Source: an uncultured Acidobacteriaceae bacterium | GTDB lineage: Bacteria; Acidobacteriota; Terriglobia; Terriglobales; Acidobacteriaceae | Reading direction: 5' to 3' | NCBI GenBank assembly: GCA_963755485.1 | Contig: CAVWJR010000002.1 | Coordinates: 12,514-76,513 of the forward strand | DNA length: 64,000 bases | In this document: positions 45,851 to 55,187 of the stretch, piece by piece | Layout of the letters: each line of letters begins with the position of its first letter | Position numbering within the stretch: position 1 is the first letter of the stretch | The notes under the pieces: model-generated | The model's database searches: none | What the model was told of the DNA's origin: nothing | What the model saw: only the letters and a program-made list of their open reading frames with translations | Made by a program: the position numbers and the translations under genes

Positions 45851-48800
45851 CTACGGCGCCAGATACGGCCGCAGCCCATCCCACGGATATAACCCCGTCG
45901 GCCCCAGGTCCGACTCCCTCTGCGGCCGGACATCCCACCGCACGAAGAAGCCGACGGTCTGGTTGTCGTAGTCCCTCGTGTTGTTCAGCCATACAAAGCC
46001 GCCAGCGAACCAATGGTCGCTCAGGTGATAGGCCATCTCGCCCTTGAAATCGTAATTCCCGCTCACCACCGATTGCGCCGAGTACGATGCGTTGTTGTTC
46101 GCAACCTCCAGCGCCTGATCCAGCGGAAAGAACGGCACGCTGTCCTGCTGGAACGCCTCCACGCCGAACGCTGCCACCACGTTGTAATGAACGTTGGCGC
46201 CGTACCGCCCCTGGAATGAGAACGGCACATTCGCGAGATAGTACGCCTGCGGGCTGAAGTATCCGGCCTGCCCGTAGGTAAAGAAATTCTCGTTGTGCGC
46301 GTAGTGCATCCCAAAGAAATTCACGCCTACGGTCAGGACGCCTTCGTCCGGAACCTCTTTCACCCGGAAGTAAGCGCCTGCGTCGCCGTCGATGCGGTCG
46401 TTATTTTGCACGTGCACGCCGCTCAGATACTGCCCACCCGCGCTTACATAGAAACCCGAGTTAGGATCGCTCTTGCCGAACTGCACTTCCCCACCGGATG
46501 CCGTCACGCCGCCCCAGATATTCCCCTGAAAGCTCGGACCCGCCGATCCCGGATCGCGCAACCCCGAATAGGAAAGCTGCGAGTCCTTCACGGAGTCGCG
46601 ATTCACTGTGAACGTAAGTGGCCCGTTCCCGGGCTTCCAGTTCAGTCTCCCAATGACGTTCGAAACCAGGAAGCCCCAGGGTGAATATCCAATGCTGGCC
46701 GCGAGGTTGGGAATCGCCACCTGCAGTTCCCCGCCAATGCCCGTCGCATTCTGCTGGTTCAGCACCGCATTCGCCGGAGCCGTGCCCAGTTGCTCCACAA
46801 CTCCTCCAGGCAGAATCGGCGACTTGCTCACTGATCCTGAATCCAGAAAGACCGGGTTCGTCACCAGCGTCACCCGCGCTTCCTCGCCCACAGCCGCCGA
46901 CGCCTCGGTTGGGGCCGAAAGTGCAGACAGCGCATCGAAGCCAGCCGTTCCGCTGCGATGATTGACGACGCCAGTGCCCCCCAGCCACGAGCTGTAACCC
47001 GCCTCAATGGTGGAGAGGTTGATCTGCGCCTGCTCGCGCAGATCCCGCTGCCGCACAATCGACGGCCGCTCGTAAGACCCACGGAGCGGAGGAAGATTCT
47101 CCCGCATCAGTTCATCGTCTGAAGCTCCCGTCGGCAACGGTGGCCGCTCAAAATATTCGGGCGCCTGTGACTGGATCACCTGCGACGGATTCGAGTATTG
47201 CGTCGTCACCATCGACGGATCCACGGGCTTCTTTGCCGCATCCAGCGCGGCCTCTGCCTGCTGCATCGCCTGGTCATTCGCATTCGGCAGTGTCGTCAGA
47301 GCCGGCGTCACATCGAGGCCCAGCTGCTCCGGGTGCTCGTCAGGCTGCTTCTCTGGATTGCCTGTCGCGCTCGCCTGCGTTCCCGTCGCCGGAATCTCCA
47401 GCGAAGCCTGCGGGATATACGGCTTGGGCGCTGGCGTCGTCGGCGAGGGCTTGGCGGGCTTCTTGTCGTTGTCGAGAACATCCGGCAGAGGCTTAACTGG
47501 CGAGGCCGGATTCTTTGCCGGTGCGGTTCCGGTCGCATTCCCCGGATTCGTCGAAACCGGAGGAATCGTTGCAGCGCCCGCATTCGCGGCCGGCGGCAAC
47601 ACCAGTGGTGGTGCGCCCGTTCCCGGCAGCCCCTGCCCCGCATTGTTGTTCAGCTGCACCGGCGCCGTTCCCGTGTAATAAGGATCGGGCCCGTATGGTT
47701 GGCTCGCCGCTCGCGACGGATTCGGATTGTTGAAACCTGGCAGCGGCACGTTCCCATCGCCCGCGCTCGCATCTCCATCCGGATTCAGCAGGTTCACCAG
47801 ATCCGTCGGCTTATCCGGCCGCGTCTGCTTTACCAGATCCGGATGATTCAGCTGGTGCGCCAGTGTTGCCGTCGGTGTCGCCGCAGGCATCGCATTCAGT
47901 GACGCCCTCCAGTAGTCCGCCGCCTTCGCGCGATCCCCACGCGCCTGTTCAAATTCTGCCGCCGTGGCCAGCACCTTCGCATCGTTAGGGAACTTCGCCA
48001 GCGCATCGCGCAGCCACTCTTCAGCCCGCCTGGTGTCCTGAACCTCCAGCGCCGCGCCGACCATGCTCTGGTAGTCCGAAGCTGTCGCGTTCGTCATATC
48101 CAGCGATTCGTAAATCGCCAGCGCGTCCTTGGGCTGCCCGGCCTGCACAAACCCCGCCGCCAGCGCCTTGCTCACCGCCGGATTTCCCGGAAACGCCTGA
48201 GCCGCCGCTATCAGGATATCCACCGCTCGCCGCGGATTTCCTGCCTCCGTGGCCTGAGCTGCACGCCGCTGCGCCCACGTCGCCCAGATCGTCTGCACCT
48301 GCCGCCGTTCTTCGTCGCTCATATCGTGCCGATCGCCCAGCGTCATCAGCTGTCGATACAAATCGCGATCGTCGCCCACGTTGAACAGCGTCCACGCATT
48401 CGCAATATCCACATTCGCCGGCGCCATCCGGTTCGCCGCGTGGTACGACTCTTCAATCTCTGTCAGCAGCCCAAGCGCCGCCCGGTCGTCTCCATTCGCT
48501 GCGTAGATGGCCGCCAGCGTCTGGTTGTACTCCACGTCGGTCGCCAGCGTCTTGCGCACCGCCGGCGGAATCTGCTGGATCTGCGCCATCGCATCCGCGT
48601 CGTGATCTGTGGCATGCATCGCCGCCAGCAGTCCCTTCCAAGCGTCCAGCCGGTCAGGATGCTGCGTCAGCACGCTGCGGTAAATGCTGTACGCACCCTC
48701 CGCATGATTCCTCTCCAGTTCCACCGCGGCTACCTGCAGTTGCAGTGGAATCGGCAGCGCTTCCCCGTTGTCCTGATAAACCCGGATCGCCCGCTGCAGA

Positions 48801-50560
48801 AAACCTTCCGCCACATCCGGATGGTTCTGCCCCTGGTAGATCGCCGCCAGCATCGAAAGGAACCCGCCATCCCGCAGCGCGCTGTCGTATGCATCCGGCG
48901 GCATCCGCTCCACGATCGCAATGGCGTCTGCATCGCGCCCCGCCAGGTGCTCGAGCGATACCGTCCCCTGCCACGCGGCCACATTGTTCGGATCGGCGTC
49001 GAGCGTCTTGCGATAAATCTCCGCCGCCTGCGTGAAATTTTTGTCCTTCGCCAGCAACGCCGCATACTGTAGCGTCACCGCGACTCGCACACTCTCCTGA
49101 TTCGCCGCATAGTGCAGATTCATCGCCTGCGCCAGCGTCTTTTGTGCCATGGCATCCTGGCCATCCGCCTCGTACGCCCGCGCCAGCGTCCGCAAATAAT
49201 CCGGATCCCTGGCCAAATCCTTTTTCAGCCCTAACGGGAATTCGCCTGCGGTCTTCAGCGCATCTTTGCCCTGCCCCGCTTCGGTCTGCGCATTGAACAG
49301 CCCGCGCCACCACGCCGCCGACCGCGGCTGCCTGTGCAGCAGCTGCTGGTACACCGGAACCGCCTGCTCCGGCTCCTGCAGTTTCATGTACGCGCCGGCT
49401 TCTCCGTTCAGCGCTTCGATACTGCCCGGCCGCAACGCCAGCGCCGCCTTATACTGCGTCACCGCCTCTTCCAGCCGATTCGCATTCAGTGCCTGCGTGC
49501 CCTGCTGCATTGCATTCCAGAAGCGTGCCGTCGCCAGCGACTGCGCGATCAGCGGAATCTTCAGCCCATCCTGCTCCGCATGCTCAAAATAATCCGCGGC
49601 ATCGGCAAAATTGCTTTGCTTCATCCGCACAAAGCCCAGCCCGGCCAGCACCCGCGGATTTGTCGGCTGCTTCAGGTTCAGATCCACAAACATCTGCTGC
49701 GCAATTGCCAGATGATTCGCCGCCAGTTCCCGGAACGCTGCCATCTCCGCCGGCGTCCGCGCAATCCCCGCCGTCGCCTGCGCCTGCCGCGTTTCGGTCT
49801 CCTCCAGTTCTTTCGCCAGCTCCGGATCGGGATGCAGCTTCAGATAATCCCGCACCGCCGGCGCCGTCGCCGGATTCTCGACATCCCACCCCAGCGCCTG
49901 CCGCAGCGACGACTGTGCCCCCGCGTCCTGCGGATACTGGCTCAAAATCTTCTCGCCTTCCGTACGCGTCTTCGGATCGTAGGTCAGCACCCGCCCCAAG
50001 TCGATCGCATACTGCGGATCGCTCGGATACTTTGCCGCGAGACCTCGCAAGCCATCGATCGCGTCCTCCCGCGTCGACACAATCGCCGCCTCGGTGTCGT
50101 AGTAAGCCAGCGCCCAGTTGTCCGGGGGGTGCGTCCCGAAGGCCTGCCGATAAATCTTCAGCGCCTCCTCGTTATGCCCGTTCTTTGCCAGCTCCGCTGC
50201 CTGTTCCAGCAGTTCATTCTGCGTTTTGCTGCTCACCAGCGCTTCAATGCGCGCAATCTCGGGGCTGTTGGGATTCACTACCCGCAGCCGATCGATATAG
50301 TTCTGCGCCTCCGCATCGTTCCCCGTCTGTTTGGCCCATCGTCCCAGCCCGGCGAGCGCGTCCTGGTTGTTCGGATCGGAAAGCAAAACCTGCTGCCACG
50401 ACTGCGCCGCCAGGTCGATGCGCCCCGACTGCTCCAGCGACGCCGCCTTATCCAGCAGCACTTTCTCCCCCGCCGATTGCCCGTACAAAGGTCCCACAAC
50501 GAGAGCGGACAGCACTCCGAGGCAGAAAAACAAAATCAGTTTAGGGAGCCCTCGATTCAT
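45851..50560 (-). CDS. bcsC: Cellulose synthase operon protein C (TPR-repeat periplasmic scaffold + C-terminal BcsC beta-barrel) with a long Pro-rich internal linker
   Basis: MNRGLPKLILFFCLGVLSALVVGPLYGQ is the signal peptide. It is followed by about 1000 aa of TPR repeats and a C-terminal region, ..YSSWLGGTGVVNHRSG...GYSPWGF...FTVNRDSVKDSQLSYSG.., typical of BCSC_C. The start is placed at ATG 50560, which is M72 of the track ORF. Confidence 0.85.
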   Translation of the reverse strand: MNRGLPKLILFFCLGVLSALVVGPLYGQSAGEKVLLDKAASLEQSGRIDLAAQSWQQVLLSDPNNQDALAGLGRWAKQTGNDAEAQNYIDRLRVVNPNSPEIARIEALVSSKTQNELLEQAAELAKNGHNEEALKIYRQAFGTHPPDNWALAYYDTEAAIVSTREDAIDGLRGLAAKYPSDPQYAIDLGRVLTYDPKTRTEGEKILSQYPQDAGAQSSLRQALGWDVENPATAPAVRDYLKLHPDPELAKELEETETRQAQATAGIARTPAEMAAFRELAANHLAIAQQMFVDLNLKQPTNPRVLAGLGFVRMKQSNFADAADYFEHAEQDGLKIPLIAQSLATARFWNAMQQGTQALNANRLEEAVTQYKAALALRPGSIEALNGEAGAYMKLQEPEQAVPVYQQLLHRQPRSAAWWRGLFNAQTEAGQGKDALKTAGEFPLGLKKDLARDPDYLRTLARAYEADGQDAMAQKTLAQAMNLHYAANQESVRVAVTLQYAALLAKDKNFTQAAEIYRKTLDADPNNVAAWQGTVSLEHLAGRDADAIAIVERMPPDAYDSALRDGGFLSMLAAIYQGQNHPDVAEGFLQRAIRVYQDNGEALPIPLQLQVAAVELERNHAEGAYSIYRSVLTQHPDRLDAWKGLLAAMHATDHDADAMAQIQQIPPAVRKTLATDVEYNQTLAAIYAANGDDRAALGLLTEIEESYHAANRMAPANVDIANAWTLFNVGDDRDLYRQLMTLGDRHDMSDEERRQVQTIWATWAQRRAAQATEAGNPRRAVDILIAAAQAFPGNPAVSKALAAGFVQAGQPKDALAIYESLDMTNATASDYQSMVGAALEVQDTRRAEEWLRDALAKFPNDAKVLATAAEFEQARGDRAKAADYWRASLNAMPAATPTATLAHQLNHPDLVKQTRPDKPTDLVNLLNPDGDASAGDGNVPLPGFNNPNPSRAASQPYGPDPYYTGTAPVQLNNNAGQGLPGTGAPPLVLPPAANAGAATIPPVSTNPGNATGTAPAKNPASPVKPLPDVLDNDKKPAKPSPTTPAPKPYIPQASLEIPATGTQASATGNPEKQPDEHPEQLGLDVTPALTTLPNANDQAMQQAEAALDAAKKPVDPSMVTTQYSNPSQVIQSQAPEYFERPPLPTGASDDELMRENLPPLRGSYERPSIVRQRDLREQAQINLSTIEAGYSSWLGGTGVVNHRSGTAGFDALSALSAPTEASAAVGEEARVTLVTNPVFLDSGSVSKSPILPGGVVEQLGTAPANAVLNQQNATGIGGELQVAIPNLAASIGYSPWGFLVSNVIGRLNWKPGNGPLTFTVNRDSVKDSQLSYSGLRDPGSAGPSFQGNIWGGVTASGGEVQFGKSDPNSGFYVSAGGQYLSGVHVQNNDRIDGDAGAYFRVKEVPDEGVLTVGVNFFGMHYAHNENFFTYGQAGYFSPQAYYLANVPFSFQGRYGANVHYNVVAAFGVEAFQQDSVPFFPLDQALEVANNNASYSAQSVVSGNYDFKGEMAYHLSDHWFAGGFVWLNNTRDYDNQTVGFFVRWDVRPQRESDLGPTGLYPWDGLRPYLAP

Positions 50561-50696
50561 CGTTGTTCTTTCAATATCAAAGCGAGTCCCTGCGCGCATC
50601 ACCCAAAGGGCGTGGCACTGTTCGCTTCCACGCGCCTTTCCTGACCCCGCCGCTGTTGAAAACCGCGCCGTCATCCCGCGTGAGACTCCCTCACCC

Positions 50697-53600
50697 TCAC
50701 AGGCTCTCCAGCACCTGCAGCCGCCGCCGTGCCTTGGCGCGCAGCCATCCTCGTATCCAGATCGCAAACACAAAACTGATCGCCAGCACCACCAGGTCCA
50801 CCATCCACGGCACCTGCATGAACCACAGCCCCAACGCCGTCCACCACGGCAAAACTCCTACGTGATAAACGTTGTTGCCGATGCGGTAGCTCTCAAATCG
50901 CGTTCCCTCCAGCAACGCCACCGTCCCCGATACCGCACTCGACTGCGATGCTTCCAGAAACGCCTTCGTCATCGGCTCGAACGTTGCCGCGTTCTTCATG
51001 TTGATCAGCACCACCGTCCGCCCGCTCGCATACGGCGATTCGATTTCTTCAATCAGCCCGTCCGGCACGCCCACCGTTCCAATCTCCCCCGATGGCAGTA
51101 CGTCGCTGGTGCGGATCTTCCACCACGCGTTGTGAAACGTCGAAAAGAAACCGCGCGTGTCCTGCACCTTCAGACTGTTTTCTCCAAACGTCACCGGCAT
51201 CTCCGACGCCAGCCTGCCCACTTCTCCATTGCTCTGCCCCGTCGCGATCACCAGAAAATCCACATCGGCGCCCTGGGCCAGCGCATCCGGCCCTGCCACC
51301 GTCACCCGCAGCGCCGGAAATCCAGTCTCTGCGCCAAAGTGGCCCATCATCGTCAGGTACGTCTCGATCTCCTGCGGAGAAGCCTCCTCCGGCAGCACAA
51401 CCTTCGTCTGGCTCAGGTCCGCATAGCGCGTAAACGGAAACCCCGCGTTCGAAAACAGCTCCAGGTTCGGCATTGCCGCCCAATGCGGCAATCCGCGCAG
51501 ATCGATATAAGAGCTCTTCAGGATCGCTCCCATCATGTTGGGCGGATTTGTCGCCTGGCAGTTGCCGCTCCTCAGCTGCTGAAACGTCAGCCGAATCTTC
51601 ATCGAGTTCGAGAAAGGCCGCAGATTCACCACTGGAATCGCCAGATTCACTGACGTTTCCTTCGACGCCTCCTTGCCCGGCGTCAGTGGTACCGACCCCA
51701 GGTAAGCATCGTTCGACTCCACCTGCATGCTCGAAATGGACCCGATCGGAATCGAGTTGTACCGGTAATCCAGGTGCAGCTTGATGTTCTGCTGCGGATC
51801 TTCAAAGAAAAGATCCGGTGGAATCTTGTAATACGCCACCATCGGCGACGTTCCGTCACCCTCCAGCGCCTCGGCCGGCCCCGTCCATATCGGTACCCGT
51901 CCCAGACTGTCCTGTTCGTGCCAGCGCGGCGCATCGTCAGGATTGCTCTTCGCCGGCAGGTCCAGGTTCGTCACCGCCGCCGTCGTTCCTGTCATCCCTG
52001 GCCATCCCGTCGCCAAAGCCTGCGCCGCTTCGAGTGTCTGATCCGCATCCTCGCCCGTGATCACCAGGACTTTCCCGTAGGGATCAACGGGGTTCGTACG
52101 CATGGCCAGTGTCGGCGCATCCACTGACGACAGATTCAGCCCCGGCGGCAGCGCGCTCGGGTCTTCCGCAATCAGCACCACGTTTCCGGTCGGCAGTTTG
52201 CCCACCGATACCGGGAACCGCATCGCCCGATAATCGCCCAGCACGCCGAACCACGAGCTCACCACACCCGCCGCTTCCAGCGCCTTCAGCGAGGGCGGCG
52301 CGCCAAACGCAATGGCAACCACCGGGGGTCGCGCCAGCTGCGCATCGAAGAACGGTAGCGGCAGCAGCTTCAGATCGTCGGCCAGCGTCAGCAAATCGCC
52401 TGCAACGGCGATGCTGCTGTTTGTATCCACTTGTGCCCACAGCGCAGAATTGGTGGGGTCCTCGCAGGTTTGCGCGTAGTGACCGATCAACTCAAACGTT
52501 AGCTGGTTGTTCCTCACCAGTAAATCCGCCGGCACCACCACATTCGACTCGATTACCGTTCCGTTGTTCGGCGTCTGCGGAACCGGCAGCGTCGCGAACG
52601 TCGTCCCGTTCAGCATCACCTTCAGATGGCTCTCGGCCGGAATCAGACTCGGCGAGAAGTGGTAGTACAGGTGCATCGACGCCTGCTTCACCACCTGGTT
52701 CGGCGGAATCGAAAAGTAAACCGTGTCGAAGCCGTCGGTCCCCTTCAGGTTGATCGTGCTCGTCACTCCCAGATCGAACAGGTTCTGCTCCGCCCTGAAG
52801 CTTCCCGCCGCCGGCGTTGCCGCGGCCGCCTGATTCGCCGCTGAACCCGCAGCCTGGGCCCCCGTCGCGGCCGCAGTCGTGGCTGCGTTCTGGCTACCGG
52901 CTGCATTTGTTTCCGAACCAATCGCTGCATCCTGCGCCTTCGCCGTCGCGCCCCACGCGATTAGTCCCAGCGCGAGCACCACAGCCAGCAAACTCTCAGC
53001 CGCCACCGGCCTTCCCTTGCTCTTGCCGTTGCGTTTCGGAATCGCCGACCGGATCGCCATCCCCAGCCCGCGAAACGCAATGCGAATAATCCTCCCCAGG
53101 CTGCGCAACGGCTGATCCACCTCGCGCGACTCGCCCCATCCCAGCCACGAGTCCGCCCGCGAGAACAGCACCATCGTCAGCATCTCTTCCTCGGGAATCG
53201 TCAGCGGCTCAAACTGCATCCGCAGCACGCCATTCGCCAGGTTCACCACAGTCGCCGGCAGCTCTGCATCGCCCGTCCGCAGCGGAAAGATCACGCGCAG
53301 CACCTCGCCATGATCGACGTGCATCCCTTCCAGAAGCTCCATCGCCAGGCCGCCGCTCGATACATCGATGGTCTGCCCCGGCACCATCCGTCCATCCGCC
53401 AGCCTCACTCGGACCGGCGCCGCAAAGTTGATGCGCACATGCTGCCGCGTTTGCCGCGCCTCGCGCGCCACCGCAATGCACACGCTCAAAATCGTAATGT
53501 TGAACAGCGTCCACATCGCGTTGGTGATGATGGTCCCCGGGTGTGTCCCGTCCCACAGCCATCCCAGCCCCGGTACGTGCAGGAACCGCGGAATCACCAT

Positions 53601-55187
53601 CAGCAGCCCAAGCATGTTGAATGCCAGCAGCACGATGAACGGCTGCGCAATGCGCACGTCGAAAAACGTCTGCGACACCAGCCCGCCCTTCGACGTCACG
53701 TTGAACTTTCCCGCCTTCGGATTGAACAACGCCGCCAGCGTTGGCAGCAGAATGTAGGGCGACAGCACCGTCTCGTAAATCTCGTTCCAGAACGAATGCC
53801 GGTGATACCCCTGAATGCGGCTGTTCGTCACGCTCGAAAGCGTCAGGTGGGGCAGCGCATACGCGAGAATCGCGATCCAGTATCCCGGCACATTCGTGAA
53901 TCCGAAGATCAGATAAATCAGCGGCGCCGTCAGAAAAATCAGCCGCGGCAGCGCATACAAAAAGTGCGTCATCGCGTTGAAGTAGCAAAGCCGCTGCGGC
54001 AGCGTCAGATTCGGCGCAAACAGCGGGTTGTCGATCCGCAGAATCTGAATCATTCCCCGCGCCCACCGGATCCGCTGCTTCACGTGCGCGCTTAGCCGCT
54101 CCGTCGCGAGGCCGGCCGCCTGCGGAATATTGATGTACGCCGTATTCCACCGGCGAATTTGCATCCGCAGGCAGGTGTGCGCGTCTTCTGTAACCGTCTC
54201 GGCTGCAATTCCCCCAATCTCGTCCAGCGCTTCCCGCCGCAGCACCGCGCACGATCCACAGAAAAATGCCGCGTTCCAGAAGTCGTTCCCATCCTGCACG
54301 ATTCCGTAGAACAGCTCGCCCTCGTTCGGAATCACCCGAAACTGCCCCAGATTCCTCTCAAACGGATCGGGCGAATAAAAATGATGCGGCGTCTGCAGCA
54401 TGCCCAGGTTCGGATCCTTCAGAAACCACCCAATCGTCATCTGCAGAAAACTGCGCGTCGGCACGTGATCCGAATCAAAGATCGCCACATACGGCGCGCT
54501 CAGGCTTTTCAGCGCGTTGTTAATATTCCCCGCCTTCGCCTGCAGGTTGTCGCCGCGCGTCATGTATCCGATCCCGGCTTCCTGCGCAAACTCCCGGAAC
54601 TCCTCGCGATTGCCATCGTCGAGGATGTACACGTGCAGCTTTTCCGCCGGCCAGTCGATATTCAGCGACGCCAGCGCGGTATACCGCACCACGCTCAGCG
54701 GCTCGTTGTAAGTGGGAATCAGCAGGTCCACTTCCGGCCAGTCGTCCGGATCATCAGGCAATGCCACCGGCGCGCGCCGCAGCGGCCAAACCGTCTGCAG
54801 GAATCCCAGATAAAGAATCCCGAACGCATATGCCTCCGCGCCCAACAGCAGCAAAATGAAAAACACATCCACCGGACCCCACTTCGTCCCAGGATCCTGG
54901 AAAAATGAGAGGATTGCGCTCACCCGCCACCACGCATAGCGGAAAGTCGCGAACATCGACAGCATCATCAGCGTCAGCGTGATCAGGTAAGAATCCGAAA
55001 CCCGGCTCAGCCACACACACAGCAGCAGAATCAGCAGCCCGAGCACCGCCTGTTGCGGCCACGCCAGCTGGAGCGTCCCGAAGAAGCACAATACAACCAC
55101 GCCACAAGCAATCAGTACCCAGCGCAGCAGCCGGAAGAACGGACTCCGGCCGCTCTCAAAACCATCCCAAAGCTCGGAGTGGGTCAT
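50697..55187 (-). CDS. bcsA: Fused cellulose synthase catalytic subunit BcsA (GT2 + PilZ) and periplasmic subunit BcsB
   Basis: GT2 motifs are YILDDG, AIFDSDH, TEDAHT and QRIRWARG (QxxRW). PilZ motifs are RQTRQHVR and DVSSGG. A TM/Ala-Gln-rich linker follows, then a BcsB-like ~700 aa region ending in a C-terminal TM anchor. The start at ATG 55187 overlaps the bcsQ stop (ATGA). Confidence 0.88.
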   Translation of the reverse strand: MTHSELWDGFESGRSPFFRLLRWVLIACGVVVLCFFGTLQLAWPQQAVLGLLILLLCVWLSRVSDSYLITLTLMMLSMFATFRYAWWRVSAILSFFQDPGTKWGPVDVFFILLLLGAEAYAFGILYLGFLQTVWPLRRAPVALPDDPDDWPEVDLLIPTYNEPLSVVRYTALASLNIDWPAEKLHVYILDDGNREEFREFAQEAGIGYMTRGDNLQAKAGNINNALKSLSAPYVAIFDSDHVPTRSFLQMTIGWFLKDPNLGMLQTPHHFYSPDPFERNLGQFRVIPNEGELFYGIVQDGNDFWNAAFFCGSCAVLRREALDEIGGIAAETVTEDAHTCLRMQIRRWNTAYINIPQAAGLATERLSAHVKQRIRWARGMIQILRIDNPLFAPNLTLPQRLCYFNAMTHFLYALPRLIFLTAPLIYLIFGFTNVPGYWIAILAYALPHLTLSSVTNSRIQGYHRHSFWNEIYETVLSPYILLPTLAALFNPKAGKFNVTSKGGLVSQTFFDVRIAQPFIVLLAFNMLGLLMVIPRFLHVPGLGWLWDGTHPGTIITNAMWTLFNITILSVCIAVAREARQTRQHVRINFAAPVRVRLADGRMVPGQTIDVSSGGLAMELLEGMHVDHGEVLRVIFPLRTGDAELPATVVNLANGVLRMQFEPLTIPEEEMLTMVLFSRADSWLGWGESREVDQPLRSLGRIIRIAFRGLGMAIRSAIPKRNGKSKGRPVAAESLLAVVLALGLIAWGATAKAQDAAIGSETNAAGSQNAATTAAATGAQAAGSAANQAAAATPAAGSFRAEQNLFDLGVTSTINLKGTDGFDTVYFSIPPNQVVKQASMHLYYHFSPSLIPAESHLKVMLNGTTFATLPVPQTPNNGTVIESNVVVPADLLVRNNQLTFELIGHYAQTCEDPTNSALWAQVDTNSSIAVAGDLLTLADDLKLLPLPFFDAQLARPPVVAIAFGAPPSLKALEAAGVVSSWFGVLGDYRAMRFPVSVGKLPTGNVVLIAEDPSALPPGLNLSSVDAPTLAMRTNPVDPYGKVLVITGEDADQTLEAAQALATGWPGMTGTTAAVTNLDLPAKSNPDDAPRWHEQDSLGRVPIWTGPAEALEGDGTSPMVAYYKIPPDLFFEDPQQNIKLHLDYRYNSIPIGSISSMQVESNDAYLGSVPLTPGKEASKETSVNLAIPVVNLRPFSNSMKIRLTFQQLRSGNCQATNPPNMMGAILKSSYIDLRGLPHWAAMPNLELFSNAGFPFTRYADLSQTKVVLPEEASPQEIETYLTMMGHFGAETGFPALRVTVAGPDALAQGADVDFLVIATGQSNGEVGRLASEMPVTFGENSLKVQDTRGFFSTFHNAWWKIRTSDVLPSGEIGTVGVPDGLIEEIESPYASGRTVVLINMKNAATFEPMTKAFLEASQSSAVSGTVALLEGTRFESYRIGNNVYHVGVLPWWTALGLWFMQVPWMVDLVVLAISFVFAIWIRGWLRAKARRRLQVLESL

